DNA of 63,839 bases, filler included, from Welwitschia mirabilis (Eukaryota), in NCBI GenBank assembly GCA_051453625.1. It is 5 parts of one record of this genome, joined end to end, with 100 filler letters (N's around TTAATTAATTAA, not from the genome) between each part and the next. Parts side by side here need not be neighbours in the genome. Positions count along the whole stretch, not along the records: positions 21,615 to 30,421 come from JBOZIK010000001.1; positions 30,522 to 58,732 come from JBOZIK010000001.1; 3 more parts are not named here. One strand, given 5' to 3'. A program made the translations under genes and the position numbers. This document shows positions 24,501-37,663 of the stretch, in pieces (the stretch's first letter is position 1; the number at the start of each line of letters is the position of its first letter). Under the pieces are notes generated by a model. The model was not told where the DNA came from. It saw only the letters and a list, made by a program, of their open reading frames with translations, and searched no databases.

Positions 24501-25699
24501 GAGCTAAACAAATATCTAATTGTCAGCCTTTGTTACCTCCTATATCGTTTGTATGATCTTGAAGATGATACTATTCTCTCATACTTTTATCAAATGTTTT
24601 TTTAAGTTATCACCACTTCTTTACGACTTTACTTTGCATGTCAGCTAGGGTTTCTTCTCTATTTCTCTATGAGTTTTCCTTCCTTTTTTATCTATAAATA
24701 AAGGTCTCCCTCTTAATCCCTAATCATCTTTGATAGTATCTGAGATTCTCGTAATAGGAGATTTTGGGACTGGAGAACCATCTTATAATCTAGAGAGATA
24801 TTACCTTTTTTGTTAGGCGGCGTTTCCTCCATTGAGGAATGACTACTTTGTGATACAAATACCTTTTATGCTTTTAATATGAATTATCTTCTTTTATGTT
24901 TAATATTTATAGGAATTTATTCCTCATAGTTTATGTTGTTTAATATTTATGACAGGTTTCTTCTATTATATAGATTATGAGGACAACCTTTGTCAAGGTT
25001 GAGCTTGATTAAATTAGGTGCATCGTTATTTTTTTCATAGATTTATTTTGCATCGCTATTTCAATTCCATGCATTACAATTTATTTCAGAATATTAGAGT
25101 TACCATTTTCTATCTCAAAATCAATTCTTATATTTCTATACTATTAGACTTCGATGGAATTATGACATTTAGATCACTTTTGACTATACTAGTAAGCCAT
25201 GTTTCTGTATCTTATTTGTAATTAATAGGATTTAGATCAAGGTTTGAACATCACATAAATATGTGCCATAATAAATTGATGTCGTTACTAGGGTAGGATG
25301 CTTAAAGATCAAGAGTTATTGTTGCTTTGATGGATATTTTAGATGTTTGCTACAACAGCAGTGTACTAGTACTTTGTAAGTTTTTTGTTTTAGTTTTTAT
25401 TTTCACTTCCCTTCATCATCCAGATGTCATAGTTAGATGACTGTCCCTTTTCTGCTTTTTCTTCTTTTTTGTGGTTCTATGTTTCTTCCATCTACATTAT
25501 CATCTAGATGATGTATAAGATGATACTTCAGATCTAAGACTGAATGGTTAAGATTGAAAAAGGCAAAAAATATTAAAGAGAGAGAAACCGTTCATTATAG
25601 AAAATATCAAAGAAGGTTTACTAAATTTTGAAATTGAAAATCAAAATAGCCCTGGTAAACTTTAGAATTTCCTAAAATTTTTTATTTTAATTTTGCAGA

Positions 25700-27660
25700 A
25701 GAGTTAGAATCTAATACCATGTCAATCTCTTATCAAAAACAACCTATCTCTTCGAATCCACCCCCTATTATTAGAACCATTACTTTTACTTCTCATTCTA
25801 CTCTAAGAGATCTCATAGCAAATAAAAGACTTTAAATCCAAAACCCCTTCGACTTACCTCTTGGTGATGATTTAGAACTGAAATACCTAAATGCTTATCC
25901 TACCTTTTAAGGAGAACCTGATAAAGATCCTTTACAACACATCGCTGAAATTGAATAACTCATTCTTACTTCTGGAAACGGTAAAAAGTGAATAACTGAT
26001 AGAACCTATATAGTCATTTTTTCCATTACATTATGAGATAAGGCTAAACTTTAGCTTAGAATAATCCCTCATAAGAGCCTGAAATCTTGGAGTCAAATTC
26101 AATAATCCTTTATCAAAAGATTTATAAATAAAACTACCATTCGAAAATGTCAGAAATATGTCACAAACTTCCAATAACTCCCTAATGAAGACTATGCCTC
26201 TGCCTACAAGTGATTCTTTGTTGCTTTACATTCAAACACTGTAGATGCCTTTTCAGAGGTAGAATTAATAGAGTATTTCTATAGTGAGTTAAACAGTCAT
26301 AATAAGTAACTTGTAGATTTCTTTTATGAAGGCAACCTCTTAAACCAAACTTTAGAAGATTCTTGGAAGATTTTAGAAGATTTAGTCGAAGTAAGTCAAA
26401 TTTTTCCAAAACCCTCATCAAGAGAAAATAGAATAGTAGGCCAAATCATTAAGGACTTAAAAGAAGTCAAGCATGAGAAAACTAAAATCAAAATAGAACA
26501 TAAATCAATTAGCATCATTAAGGATTTTACTTCTACCTTAGAAAAATACACCCAGATGATCCTTGATGATAAAGTGGTAACTGAGAAAAGTTAAATTATT
26601 ATTCCAACTTATGATTTATGCGAGGATAGTTATCACATCATGTAAGAGTGTCCTTTACTTCCTATATGTAAAGAGAGAATTTATGAAAATGTTCATGCTT
26701 TAAACCAAAGACCCTCTAACTACATTCAAAACTATAACCAAAGATAAGCCCCAAGTCACAATTTTCAAAATGGAATGAATGAACAACCTAACAATTTTTA
26801 AACACATTATCCTAACTCTCAACTATTTCAAGATAGGTTTGACCATTAAAACTTTCAATCCAACTATCCAAATAACTTGGAAAATCCTTCCAACTTCTAA
26901 AACCATAGCAATCCTCTTAGAAATTATATTGAGAAGTTGAGGTAAACTCAAGAGAAGACAAACACAAACATAGAAAACCTTGTAAACATTCTATAATAAA
27001 CCATGCTTGTCAATCAAAGACCATAAGGGAACCTTACCACTCAACCTTTACCAAACCCTAACAAAGTATGAAAAGATTATAAGGTGATGATAAGGAGTGG
27101 AAATGATACAACTCCCCCTACTCATGAGACTTCAGCTTCCCATAATGATAAGAACGATGAGGAAGAAGACATAGAAATCCTAGAAAATCATTTCTTCCCT
27201 TCTTCACTTAGCAACAAAAAGAAAGATTAGTTCCAACAGAAACTTACTACCCCATGGCTTAATAGGCTTAACATCAACTCCATCATTTCCTTGCACATTT
27301 GTCAATGTTTAGGATTAAAAAAATGAATAAAACCTACAAAAATTTCTTGGAGTTAATCGATTCTTCCATAAAAAGACCTTTAAGTATGATAAAGAACTTG
27401 GTAATTCAAATAGAGAAAGCTTTCTACCCCATAGATGTAGTTATTTTAGAATTTGAGAAACAAAATAGATATCCCCTACTTGTAGGTAGAGCTTTCTATG
27501 CAATAACTTATTGCATCATAGACACAAGAACTAGATTGATGAAATGTCATTTTAAAAATAAACAATTTTCACTATGAGTCTTTGATGCTATTGAAAAAGA
27601 TTTAAGAAATGATTTAGGTTTGGAAGAATATATAAAACCAACCTAATTTTCACAGAACCA
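25700..27660 (+). pseudogene. gag and partial protease of element C
   Basis: gag motif AYPTF*GEPDKDPLQHIAEIE (~25892) and LKSWSQIQ*SFIKRF (~26080). The protease C-terminal half reads IEKAFYPIDVVILE...PLLVGRAF (27410-27495). The catalytic D-x-G-A-S stretch appears deleted near 27270. Confidence 0.85.
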
Positions 27661-28246
27661 TCCAAACCTAAAGCAACTTGTAAAAGACCAAATCATAAAA
27701 ATAATGGTATGCACACATAGAAAATGATTGAAATGACATGAGGACTTTTAGAAATAATTATAAATATAGTAGAAGCATTTGTTCCCTATCCAAGTTCTTT
27801 CTTAGCTTACTCCTTAGTTAAATGTTATAACTTTACCTAATCATTTTTTAAACTTGATTTGTATATTACTTTATAAAAAATCATGTTTAGTTTTATACTT
27901 GCACATTTATAAGTGGTAAGATTGGATTCACCCAATCTTAAGACATTCCCATGTCTATGGACTGTATTTACAAGAAGATACCTTATTTCTTATTTTTCTT
28001 TTAATGGTGGTTAAATCTTAAGTTATCGAGGAGTGTTCTTTCCTATCTTTTACTTTAATTATTCACCTCAGTCTTTCTTAAGTGTGTGATCATGTGGGAA
28101 TAATTCTTTTTGTTCAAAAAAAAAAGGACAAAGAAAGAAAAAAAAGAAAAATATGATGTCCTACTGCAAGTACACCAGCTCAAATATTTCCAAGAGGAGT
28201 CTTTGACAGTGTAATACGATAGCTATGGGAACTCCATTAGGGGGTC

Positions 28247-31200
28247 TATTGCAATACAAATTTATGTAATCCTGAAGCTCTTTAGGTAAACCTGTAAATC
28301 ATATAACTTATAGAAAGACACATGCTAGTATAGACGGGAGTTCACCCAAATGTCATAATCCCAATGAAGGCACTAGGCTCAGAGTTAGAAAATTAATTTC
28401 CAAATGTAGTTTTTGATATTTTATCTTTTACTTAAATGAAATTAAATAGTAAAGTAAATACAATGCAAGATAAATGAAGACGCAATGCAATTGAATGTAA
28501 ATGAAGATGAGATTCTACTTAGATTCTAATCCTTCTGTCATAAGGACTAGCTTCTAGCCTTTCTGTCACAAAGACTATCTTTTCTATAATTTATATCAAT
28601 CAAGAAGAGCATTTAACTAATTCTTAACTAATATAAACTATTAGATCTACCAAGTAGAACATGAAATGCAATATGAAAATGTAATGAAAACCTACTACTA
28701 ACTAAGATCAACCTTAATAAAGATTGCCCTTATGATCTAAATAAATTATAGCTTGTCACTAACTAAGACTAACTTAAACCATAAGGGACATTTACAAAAT
28801 TAGAATGAAAAGAGTATTTGTATTNNNNNNNNNNNNNNNNNNNNNNNNNNNNNNNNNNNNNNNNNNNNNNNNNNNNNNNNNNNNNNNNNNNNNNNNNNNN
28901 NNNNNNNNNNNNNNNNNNNNNNNNNNNNNNNNNNNNNNNNNNNNNNNNNNNNNNNNNNNNNNNNNNNNNNNNNNNNNNNNNNNNNNNNNNNNNNNNNNNN
29001 NNNNNNNNNNNNNNNNNNNNNNNNNNNNNNNNNNNNNNNNNNNNNNNNNNNNNNNNNNNNNNNNNNNNNNNNNNNNNNNNNNNNNNNNNNNNNNNNNNNN
29101 NNNNNNNNNNNNNNNNNNNNNNNNNNNNNNNNNNNNNNNNNNNNNNNNNNNNNNNNNNNNNNNNNNNNNNNNNNNNNNNNNNNNNNNNNNNNNNNNNNNN
29201 NNNNNNNNNNNNNNNNNNNNATAGCTTGTCACTAACTAAGACTAACTTAAACCATAAGGGACATTTACAAAATTAGAATGAAAAGAGTATTTGTATTAAT
29301 GAAAAGAATATTACGTCCACTTACAATAGAATAACAACTCCTCAATGAAAGAGACATAGCTTAACACTAAGAAAACCCCTTTCTGTAGCTATTAGATAGA
29401 CCTCTTACCTTTAGGCTTCTGTCACCAGCATATCAAGTATAAAAGATGGTTGGAAGTAAAGGAGGAAAGGGGTATTTATAGTTTTATAATAAACCGTAAC
29501 CCTAGACATCCGTTAAGGAAATCCTAGCCACCTACATGGCCTATTTGGCACTAGTTACAATGCAATCTACTACCACAGTGTAAAAACAATTATTGTCCCG
29601 TCCATCGTCCACATGACAGTAGGGATGACACTGCCTTCTTGCCTTGGGTTGTGTGCCCATGTAATACTGTTAGCTCTGTGGGTTGCCTGTGCATATTACT
29701 GAGGCTGTTGTCCTATCGGTTATCCACATGACATAGGGGGATGATACCTTGGACTGTGTACCCATGTATTGTCATTAGTTACATTTGTTTTCCTCACATC
29801 CATCGTCCTTATTATCGTCTAGATGATCATGGGGATGATTCCCTACCATTATGTGCTGCTATCCAAGTGTTGCGCATGAGCCGTTCCTATGTAGTTATCT
29901 TTATGAGTTATCGTACCCTCTGTTATGGGGACGACAGTGGGGATGATACTCTTGCCAAGCTCCTCAAGTAGCATAAATTGGTATTCTTCACTTTTAGTCC
30001 TCCTTCATTATGATAAGTATTAGATTATGTCTGAAATGCTTCAATTATATCAAGAATTACATATTTTCATGATCATCTTGTTGTTTCTTCATAATCAGTA
30101 GAATTTCATCTAAACCTATATAAATGTCCTACAAAAGTACTCCAAATACATCATCAAATTCTTACAAATTGGCATTATAACATAGCCCCCTTTACTTAGC
30201 CTTGTCAGTCCCTCATAAAATAGGGTATCAACTAGATTGTGAGCCAATTTGACTAAGATAATCATCAACTAAAGAAATGGAATTTGATTTCTATTTATTA
30301 TGTAGGAATAGATTACAACAATTCATTAATACAATTACTGCTACAGTTATAAGCTCCCTACTTAAACTCATCACAATAGTCCAAATAAATGTCATACACA
30401 TAACAAGTTAGAGTGATAGTTNNNNNNNNNNNNNNNNNNNNNNNNNNNNNNNNNNNNNNNNNNNNTTAATTAATTAANNNNNNNNNNNNNNNNNNNNNNN
30501 NNNNNNNNNNNNNNNNNNNNNCCACTGCAATATTCCAAGATATTCTAAGTTAAACTTTTAAAAAGAATAATCCTGAAAAGCATAAGGTATAGTAGACTTG
30601 GTACAAAAAGGATGAATGTTACTTTGAGGATCATATAAAGGTTTATAAGGAAAAGATTGAGAGACAAAAGAAATAGACTCTTCAAAGTGATGGGTGTTAG
30701 GAGAGTCAAGAAAAGGAACATGGCCTTGAGAATTATATGAAGCTGTAATTGAAAGGGATGGAGAAAGATTATCATTTGTAAGATTATGAGGTAATTTTAG
30801 GATTAAAATAGAAGTAAAAGGGGGAGTGAAGGGAAAGATGTGATTTAAATTTGAACATGAAGGCATAGATGGGGAAAATGTAGAAGTATGGATAGAATAA
30901 ACAAGTCTATTCTCTATAAAGTTTGAATGAATCTCNNNNNNNNNNNNNNNNNNNNNNNNNNNNNNNNNNNNNNNNNNNNNNNNNNNNNNNNNNNNNNNNN
31001 NNNNNNNNNNNNNNNNNNNNNNNNNNNNNNNNNNNNNNNNNNNNNNNNNNNNNNNNNNNNNNNNNNNNNNNNNNNNNNNNNNNNNNNNNNNNNNNNNNNN
31101 NNNNNNNNNNNNNNNNNNNNNNNNNNNNNNNNNNNNNNNNNNNNNNNNNNNNNNNNNNNNNNNNNNNNNNNNNNNNNNNNNNNNNNNNNNNNNNNNNNNN

Positions 31201-34143
31201 NNNNNNNNNNNNNNNNNNNNNNNNNNNNNNNNNNNNNNNNNNNNNNNNNNNNNNNNNNNNNNNNNNNNNNNNNNNNNNNNNNNNNNNNNNNNNNNNNNNN
31301 NNNNNNNNNNNNNNNNNNNNNNNNNNNNNNNNNNNNNNNNNNNNNNNNNAGAATCATCATCATCAATAATTTCTAAGTTCTCTTCATTTTCCTCAAGGTA
31401 GAATGGAGTGGAATAGTTGTGAGGATCTTGTGTTATGAAAGATCCTTGAATATTTAATAGGTTTTATTGCAATATTTCAACTAATCTTTTTAAGTTTTTA
31501 TTAGTGTTTTCTTGGTTCTTCATCATTTCATCAATAATTTCTCCTAATGGATCTTTTTTCTTCTTTATAGTAGTTGATAAGAGATGGTCCTTCTTAGTAG
31601 TAAGGCATGGAAGATGATTGGGATTGAAAAAGATGATTATAAGAGGTGTGTCTAAATGAGGTGGAATCCTTACAATATGATAAATCTTCATCATTATATT
31701 AAAATGAGGTTTGAAAAGAAGAGGGGAAATAATAATTAGATTGAAAAGAAGAATGGGATTAATCCTTATTTTCAACATGAGTTTGTGATGGTTTTCCTCT
31801 TTTAGCAAATATTTCTCAAAGTGTTTTCTTACCAATTTCCTCATCATTTTGCAAGTTTCTTCTCCTTTTAGAAAGAAGTTCTACAATGGTTTTTCTATTA
31901 TGAGTCATTAAAACATGCAAGAAGAATAGAAGAAAAGAGTTTAATTTTAGAATGGTAAGGAAGATAGGTACACAATAAAGATCAAGGTTCTTAGATAGTT
32001 TATCATTTGAGATTACTATTTCTTAACACTCAAAAGATGTAACATCATTATTGCAAATTAACTATACAGAGAAAAGAAAATCTAATTCTGAGATAGAAAA
32101 AAATTCTAGAATTTGCATATCTATGTTGTACGTACCTAGATTTTTATGTGAAGTTAAATAATTCTTGATGTTTCTATTAATCTAGTTTCTTGTTGGCTGA
32201 TAGTTCGTCTTTCGTCCAAAATTCCTTGTATCCTTGCATGCACAAATAGTAAACAAAAACCAAAATCAAATGTAATGGACTATCGTCCACTTTGTTATAG
32301 GGACGACGGTTAGGACGACAATCACAAAAAAACTAAACTCTAAAAACAATAGAACTTTAGAAACTCAGAAAGAAAATTACTGAAACTAAGACTGTCATCC
32401 ACTTTGTCTTGTGGACAACAGATAGGATGAGAGTAAACTTTAAATAGAAGAAAAATTGCAAAAATAGAAAATAAATTCGAAATTTTAGAACTATTATGTC
32501 CTTTGTCATCTGGACAATAAAGAGCATGATAAGATCCCTAAAAGTTACAGAAAACAAAATTTTATAGAAATAAATCTACCCTAAATTACACTATAAATAC
32601 AACATTAATTCAAATAAATAACCTGAACAAAAAGATTCAAGGTACTTATCTGGTTAATNNNNNNNNNNNNNNNNNNNNNNNNNNNNNNNNNNNNNNNNNN
32701 NNNNNNNNNNNNNNNNNNNNNNNNNNNNNNNNNNNNNNNNNNNNNNNNNNNNNNNNNNNNNNNNNNNNNNNNNNNNNNNNNNNNNNNNNNNNNNNNNNNN
32801 NNNNNNNNNNNNNNNNNNNNNNNNNNNNNNNNNNNNNNNNNNNNNNNNNNNNNNNNNNNNNNNNNNNNNNNNNNNNNNNNNNNNNNNNNNNNNNNNNNNN
32901 NNNNNNNNNNNNNNNNNNNNNNNNNNNNNNNNNNNNNNNNNNNNNNNNNNNNNNNNNNNNNNNNNNNNNNNNNNNNNNNNNNNNNNNNNNNNNNNNNNNN
33001 NNNNNNNNNNNNNNNNNNNNNNNNNNNNNNNNNNNNNNNNNNNNNNNNNNNNNNNNNNNNNNNNNNNNNNNNNNNNNNNNNNNNNNNNNNNNNNNNNNNN
33101 NNNNNNNNNNNNNNNNNNNNNNNNNNNNNNNNNNNNNNNNNNNNNNNNNNNNNNNNNNNNNNNNNNNNNNNNNNNNNNNNNNNNNNNNNNNNNNNNNNNN
33201 NNNNNNNNNNNNNNNNNNNNNNNNNNNNNNNNNNNNNNNNNNNNNNNNNNNNNNNNNNNNNNNNNNNGAAAAGAGTATTTATATTAATAAAAAGAACATC
33301 ACATCCATTTACCATAGAATAATAGCTCCTCAATGGAAGAGGCACAGCCTAACACCAAGGAAACCCCTTTCTGTAGCTATTGGATGGACCTCCTACCTTT
33401 AAGATTCTATGTGAGAAGTGAAGGAGGGAAGTGGTATTTATGGTTTTACAATAAACTATAATCCTAGATGTCCATTAAGGAAACCCTAGCCACCTACATG
33501 GCCCGTTTAGCACTAGTTACAATGCAATCTACTGCCATAGTGTAAAAGTAGTTATCGTTCCATCTGTCGTCCACACAACAAGAGGGACAATGCCATCTTC
33601 TTACCTTAGATTGTATGCCCATGTGATACCGTTAGCTCCGTGGATTGCCCGTGCATGTTACTTAGGCTTTTGTCCTATCAGTTGTCCACATGGCATAAGG
33701 AACAACACCTTGGACTATGTGCTCATGTGTTATCGTCAGCTGCATGTGTTGTCCTCACATCAGTCGTTCTTACTATCGTTCAAACGATCATGGGGACGAT
33801 GCCCTACCATCATGTGCTGCTATCCAAGTGTTGCACATGAGCCATTCCTATGTAGTTGTCTTTATGAGATGTTGTCCCCTCTGGCATGGGGACAACAGTG
33901 AGGACAACACTCTTTCCAAGCACTCAAGTAGTGTAAATTGGTCTTTTTCACCTTTAATCCTCTTTAATTATGCTAAGTATAAGATCATGCCTGAAATACT
34001 TCCAATTATATCAAGAATTACATGTTTTCATGATCATCTTGTTGTCTCTCCATAATTAGCAGAATCACATCTAAACCTATATAAATGTCCTATAAAAGTA
34101 CTCCAAATACACCATCAAATTCCTACAAATTAACATTGCAACA
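28247..34143 (-). mobile_element. Non-autonomous Athila-type element D, nested in C in reverse orientation
   Basis: The 3' LTR is 28247-30182 with a PPT (minus strand GGCTAAGTAAAGGGGGCTA) adjacent from 30183. The 5' LTR runs from inside the 32659-33267 gap to 34143. The TSD is GGGTC (28242-28246) / GAGTC (34144-34148). The LTRs resemble those of E and the interior resembles B/F. Confidence 0.88.
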
Positions 34144-35803
34144 GAGTCAGTCAGCCATGTTTTGTGGGTCCTTACTCCTCTAATAGTGGTTGCACTCCCT
34201 TGATCATAAAAAGTGAAATACAACTTTTAGTATTCGCACTTGATCATTTCACTTTTAGAGATTTCGGTGAGTTTGTAAGTAGAAATAGATGAGTCCATTT
34301 CTAAGTAACTTTTGATTTTGACCTTAATTGTTCTACACACTTAAAACCTTGGATATCTCCATAACCACTACCTTTTCAAATTAACTTTATCAAGTTAATA
34401 CATTTTGTCATGCATATTTACTTAGGTAATGTTATGATGTTTTCGTTTGGAGTTTGCTACGTTAGTACTTAGAATAGGTAAACAATCTTCTTCTTGTTCT
34501 TTGCATCTATTTTCCCTCTGTCTTTCTTCTATTTCNNNNNNNNNNNNNNNNNNNNNNNNNNNNNNNNNNNNNNNNNNNNNNNNNNNNNNNNNNNNNNNNN
34601 NNNNNNNNNNNNNNNNNNNNNNNNNNNNNNNNNNNTTATTAAGTTAATATATTTTGTTATGCATCTTTACTCAAGTAATGTTATAATGTTTTCTTTTGGA
34701 GTTTCTACGTTAGTACTTAGAATAGGTAAACAATCTTTTTCTTGTTTATTGCATCTATTTCACCTATGCTTTTCTTTTGTTTTTATGTCTACTATTTTCT
34801 AGTCATTTCTGCATTTTCTTCTTTTTTTTATGAATTTACTCATTTAGTAGTTTTCATTCTAGTATTTATTACAATNNNNNNNNNNNNNNNNNNNNNNNNN
34901 NNNNNNNNNNNNNNNNNNNNNNNNNNNNNNNNNNNNNNNNNNNNNNNNNNNNNNNNNNNNNNNNNNNNNNNNNNNNNNNNNNNNNNNNNNNNNNNNNNNN
35001 NNNNNNNNNNNNNNNNNNNNNNNNNNNNNNNNNNNNNNNNNNNNNNNNNNNNNNNNNNNNNNNNNNNNNNNNNNNNNNNNNNNNNNNNNNNNNNNNNNNN
35101 NNNNNNNNNNNNNNNNNNNNNNNNNNNNNNNNNNNNNNNNNNNNNNNNNNNNNNNNNNNNNNNNNNNNNNNNNNNNNNNNNNNNNNNNNNNNNNNNNNNN
35201 NNNNNNNNNNNNNNNNNNNNNNNNNNNNNNNNNNNNNNNNNNNNNNNNNNNNNNNNNNNNNNNNNNNNNNNNNNNNNNNNNNNNNNNNNNNNNNNNNNNN
35301 NNNNNNNNNNNNNNNNNTCTTCTTTTTTTTAGGAATTTACTCATTTAGTAGTTTTCATTCTAGTATTTATTACAATTTTTCAACCTAGCTAGTTTGTTTT
35401 CCTTCTACCATAGTTTTCCTTTTTCATGTTTTTTTTCAGCTTCTATTTTTTTCAACACTATCACTTTCACGATTCTACCTAAGCCTAATCTTCCTGGCTG
35501 ATACTTCTTTTTTGAAATCCCTTTTAATGAACAGTCATCCACATGATCATCCAAACAACATAAAGGACAATGATCTAAATTTTTCTAATAGTCATCTTTG
35601 CATTGATGTCTGGATGACATGATTGGACAACAATGCGATATAAGCATGGCCTAAACCCTTTTTCCTCATTTTTCACTCTTTTTCTTGTCTTTTTCCTTTG
35701 TTCTTTTGAGAGACAGTGATTCCTCTAGCTAGTAATGATATTTTGGGACTTGTTCCACCTGATTTCATTGCCAGATTCATAACTTTTTATCACATTTGTA
35801 AAA

Positions 35804-37663
35804 ATGAGGTATGTTTTTTTCTTCTCTTGATTTTTCAATTTTTTCTCCCATTTTTCAGTCTTTCGACATCTAGTTTTCATGTATATTATCTATTTTTTCA
35901 TGATCTACATTTTGGAACTTACAGATCTAATTTTCACTACATATTTTTTGAGTTATGATTATTTTTGCATTTTATGAGACATTCTTATATTCTTACATTT
36001 CACACCTGTTTTCTCTCAAACTGTAAGTCAAATCATAGTGGTCCTTTAGACAAAATTGATCAGTGAAATGTGCTCTATAACTTTACTAGATTAGATTTTT
36101 CATTTGAGTATTTTTATTTTTTACTTCTCACGGGACACATTACATATGTAACATTTAGATTTTATTCATTTTTAGCCATTTCTTTTCTTGCGATTAGGTA
36201 ATTTGGGATGCATTGCATATTTTAGGAGTGGGAAAGGACATATTCCAACAATTTTTAATATTTTTTTCTGATTATGGGATCATTTATTATGCATCTATGC
36301 GATATTTTTATTATGTTTATCTAGTTTCGCATGATGAGTTTTGTGTTTATAGTTGAACAGGTCACATACACATAGATCTAGATAGGTAGATGCTTCAACT
36401 GATTTTGTAGAGCAGCTAGCAGGCTCTTTGATTTAGCCTGAGATATAGCGTGAGGAATCCATACACCTACAACCTTGACATGGATGATCCTTGAGCATAT
36501 AGATAGATAGCATTCGTGTCGAGAGATACTTTGATAATTGCATGAGACATATAGAGCCTGAGGTTGATCAGAGACTGACAGAGTTATAGCTCAGATGGAT
36601 TATAGATGCACATAATACATACTATGTTTCTAAGACAAGAGAGTTTTATGACACTATGCATATCTAGAGGCAACTAAACGTTTGTGGTCAGTTACAGGAT
36701 CTTATTATTGCGTACATTCGAGACCACAAGATTACTATCCTTCCATCTCACATCACAATTATCATAGTTCTCGAAGGCCTTGAGAGCTTACATATTCACT
36801 CAACTGGTGGAACTGAGGAGTGTCGAGCTTACAGTGCCATTTTAGATATTTCAACTGACATAACTACTGATCAGTGAGGAGTAAATGTTACCCAGCTGAC
36901 CACCACATCTAGAGTTTTATACAAATAACTGATTCATAACATCAGTCCATCATATCATAACAGTCACACTATGGTCGCACATCTATAGATTCTAGCAGCT
37001 TTTCATTAGGGGAAACAAATGGATTTATCGACCTTCATTTAGAGGTGACTTAGATCTATGATTGAGACATGCCATTTACAGACGCTTGGCTATCCATGCC
37101 TCCTCTCTTCTTTGTTTAGACAATTTGGGATCTCAGATCTTATAGGTGAGTGAAATTTCTCACATATATAGACTTCTGCTTGTTATTTATAGGATATGAA
37201 TATACAGGTACCAGAAGAGGTAGAGAGACCTCAGGCATAGAGACCTATAGTTGGAGCATCATTAGAGAAATTCAAGGCCCTTCTAGTTGAGAGTATTAAG
37301 ATCCTTATAGGATTTATGGATCATAGGATGCATACCTTAGAGTAACAGATCACATCCTTTGAGCAGAGAGTTAAGCAGTAGATCACAGCTATCAAGAGGA
37401 GAGCATAGCACACAGAGGATCAGATCATGGACATGTATTAGTGTATTGTCTTCATGCAGTAGAATGTGACTGTAGGCCTTCCAAACAATGTTACTGTAGA
37501 CCTTCTAGTCTCAGTACGTGTCTAGGAAGATGAGACGATCTAATCTATTATAGCATCTCTAGATGAATGTCTCCTGATAGATCATGATCCTTTTTCTTCC
37601 TCTTCCCCTACTCCTATACTAGTTCCTGATCTAGGATTTATCATGTGTAGATGGGGGGAGTGA
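35804..37663 (+). pseudogene. Athila accessory ('env-like', plant transposon protein / Transposase_32-like) ORF of element C, probably spliced
   Basis: One reading frame runs 36362-37663 with no frameshift, only stops explicable by C>T/G>A changes. Motifs are YYVSKTREFYDTM, IRDHKITILP, RVLYK*LIHNISPSYH and LGYPCLLSSLFRQFGI, followed by a coiled-coil-like stretch. ATGAG|GTATGT at 35804-35814 and TGAACAG| ending at 36360 join in frame. Confidence 0.75.

Noticed and set aside
33590-34055. Cys-rich ORFs at 33590-34055 and 29741-29971
   Set aside because: Antisense reads of the palindrome-bearing LTRs of element D, with no recognisable domain.
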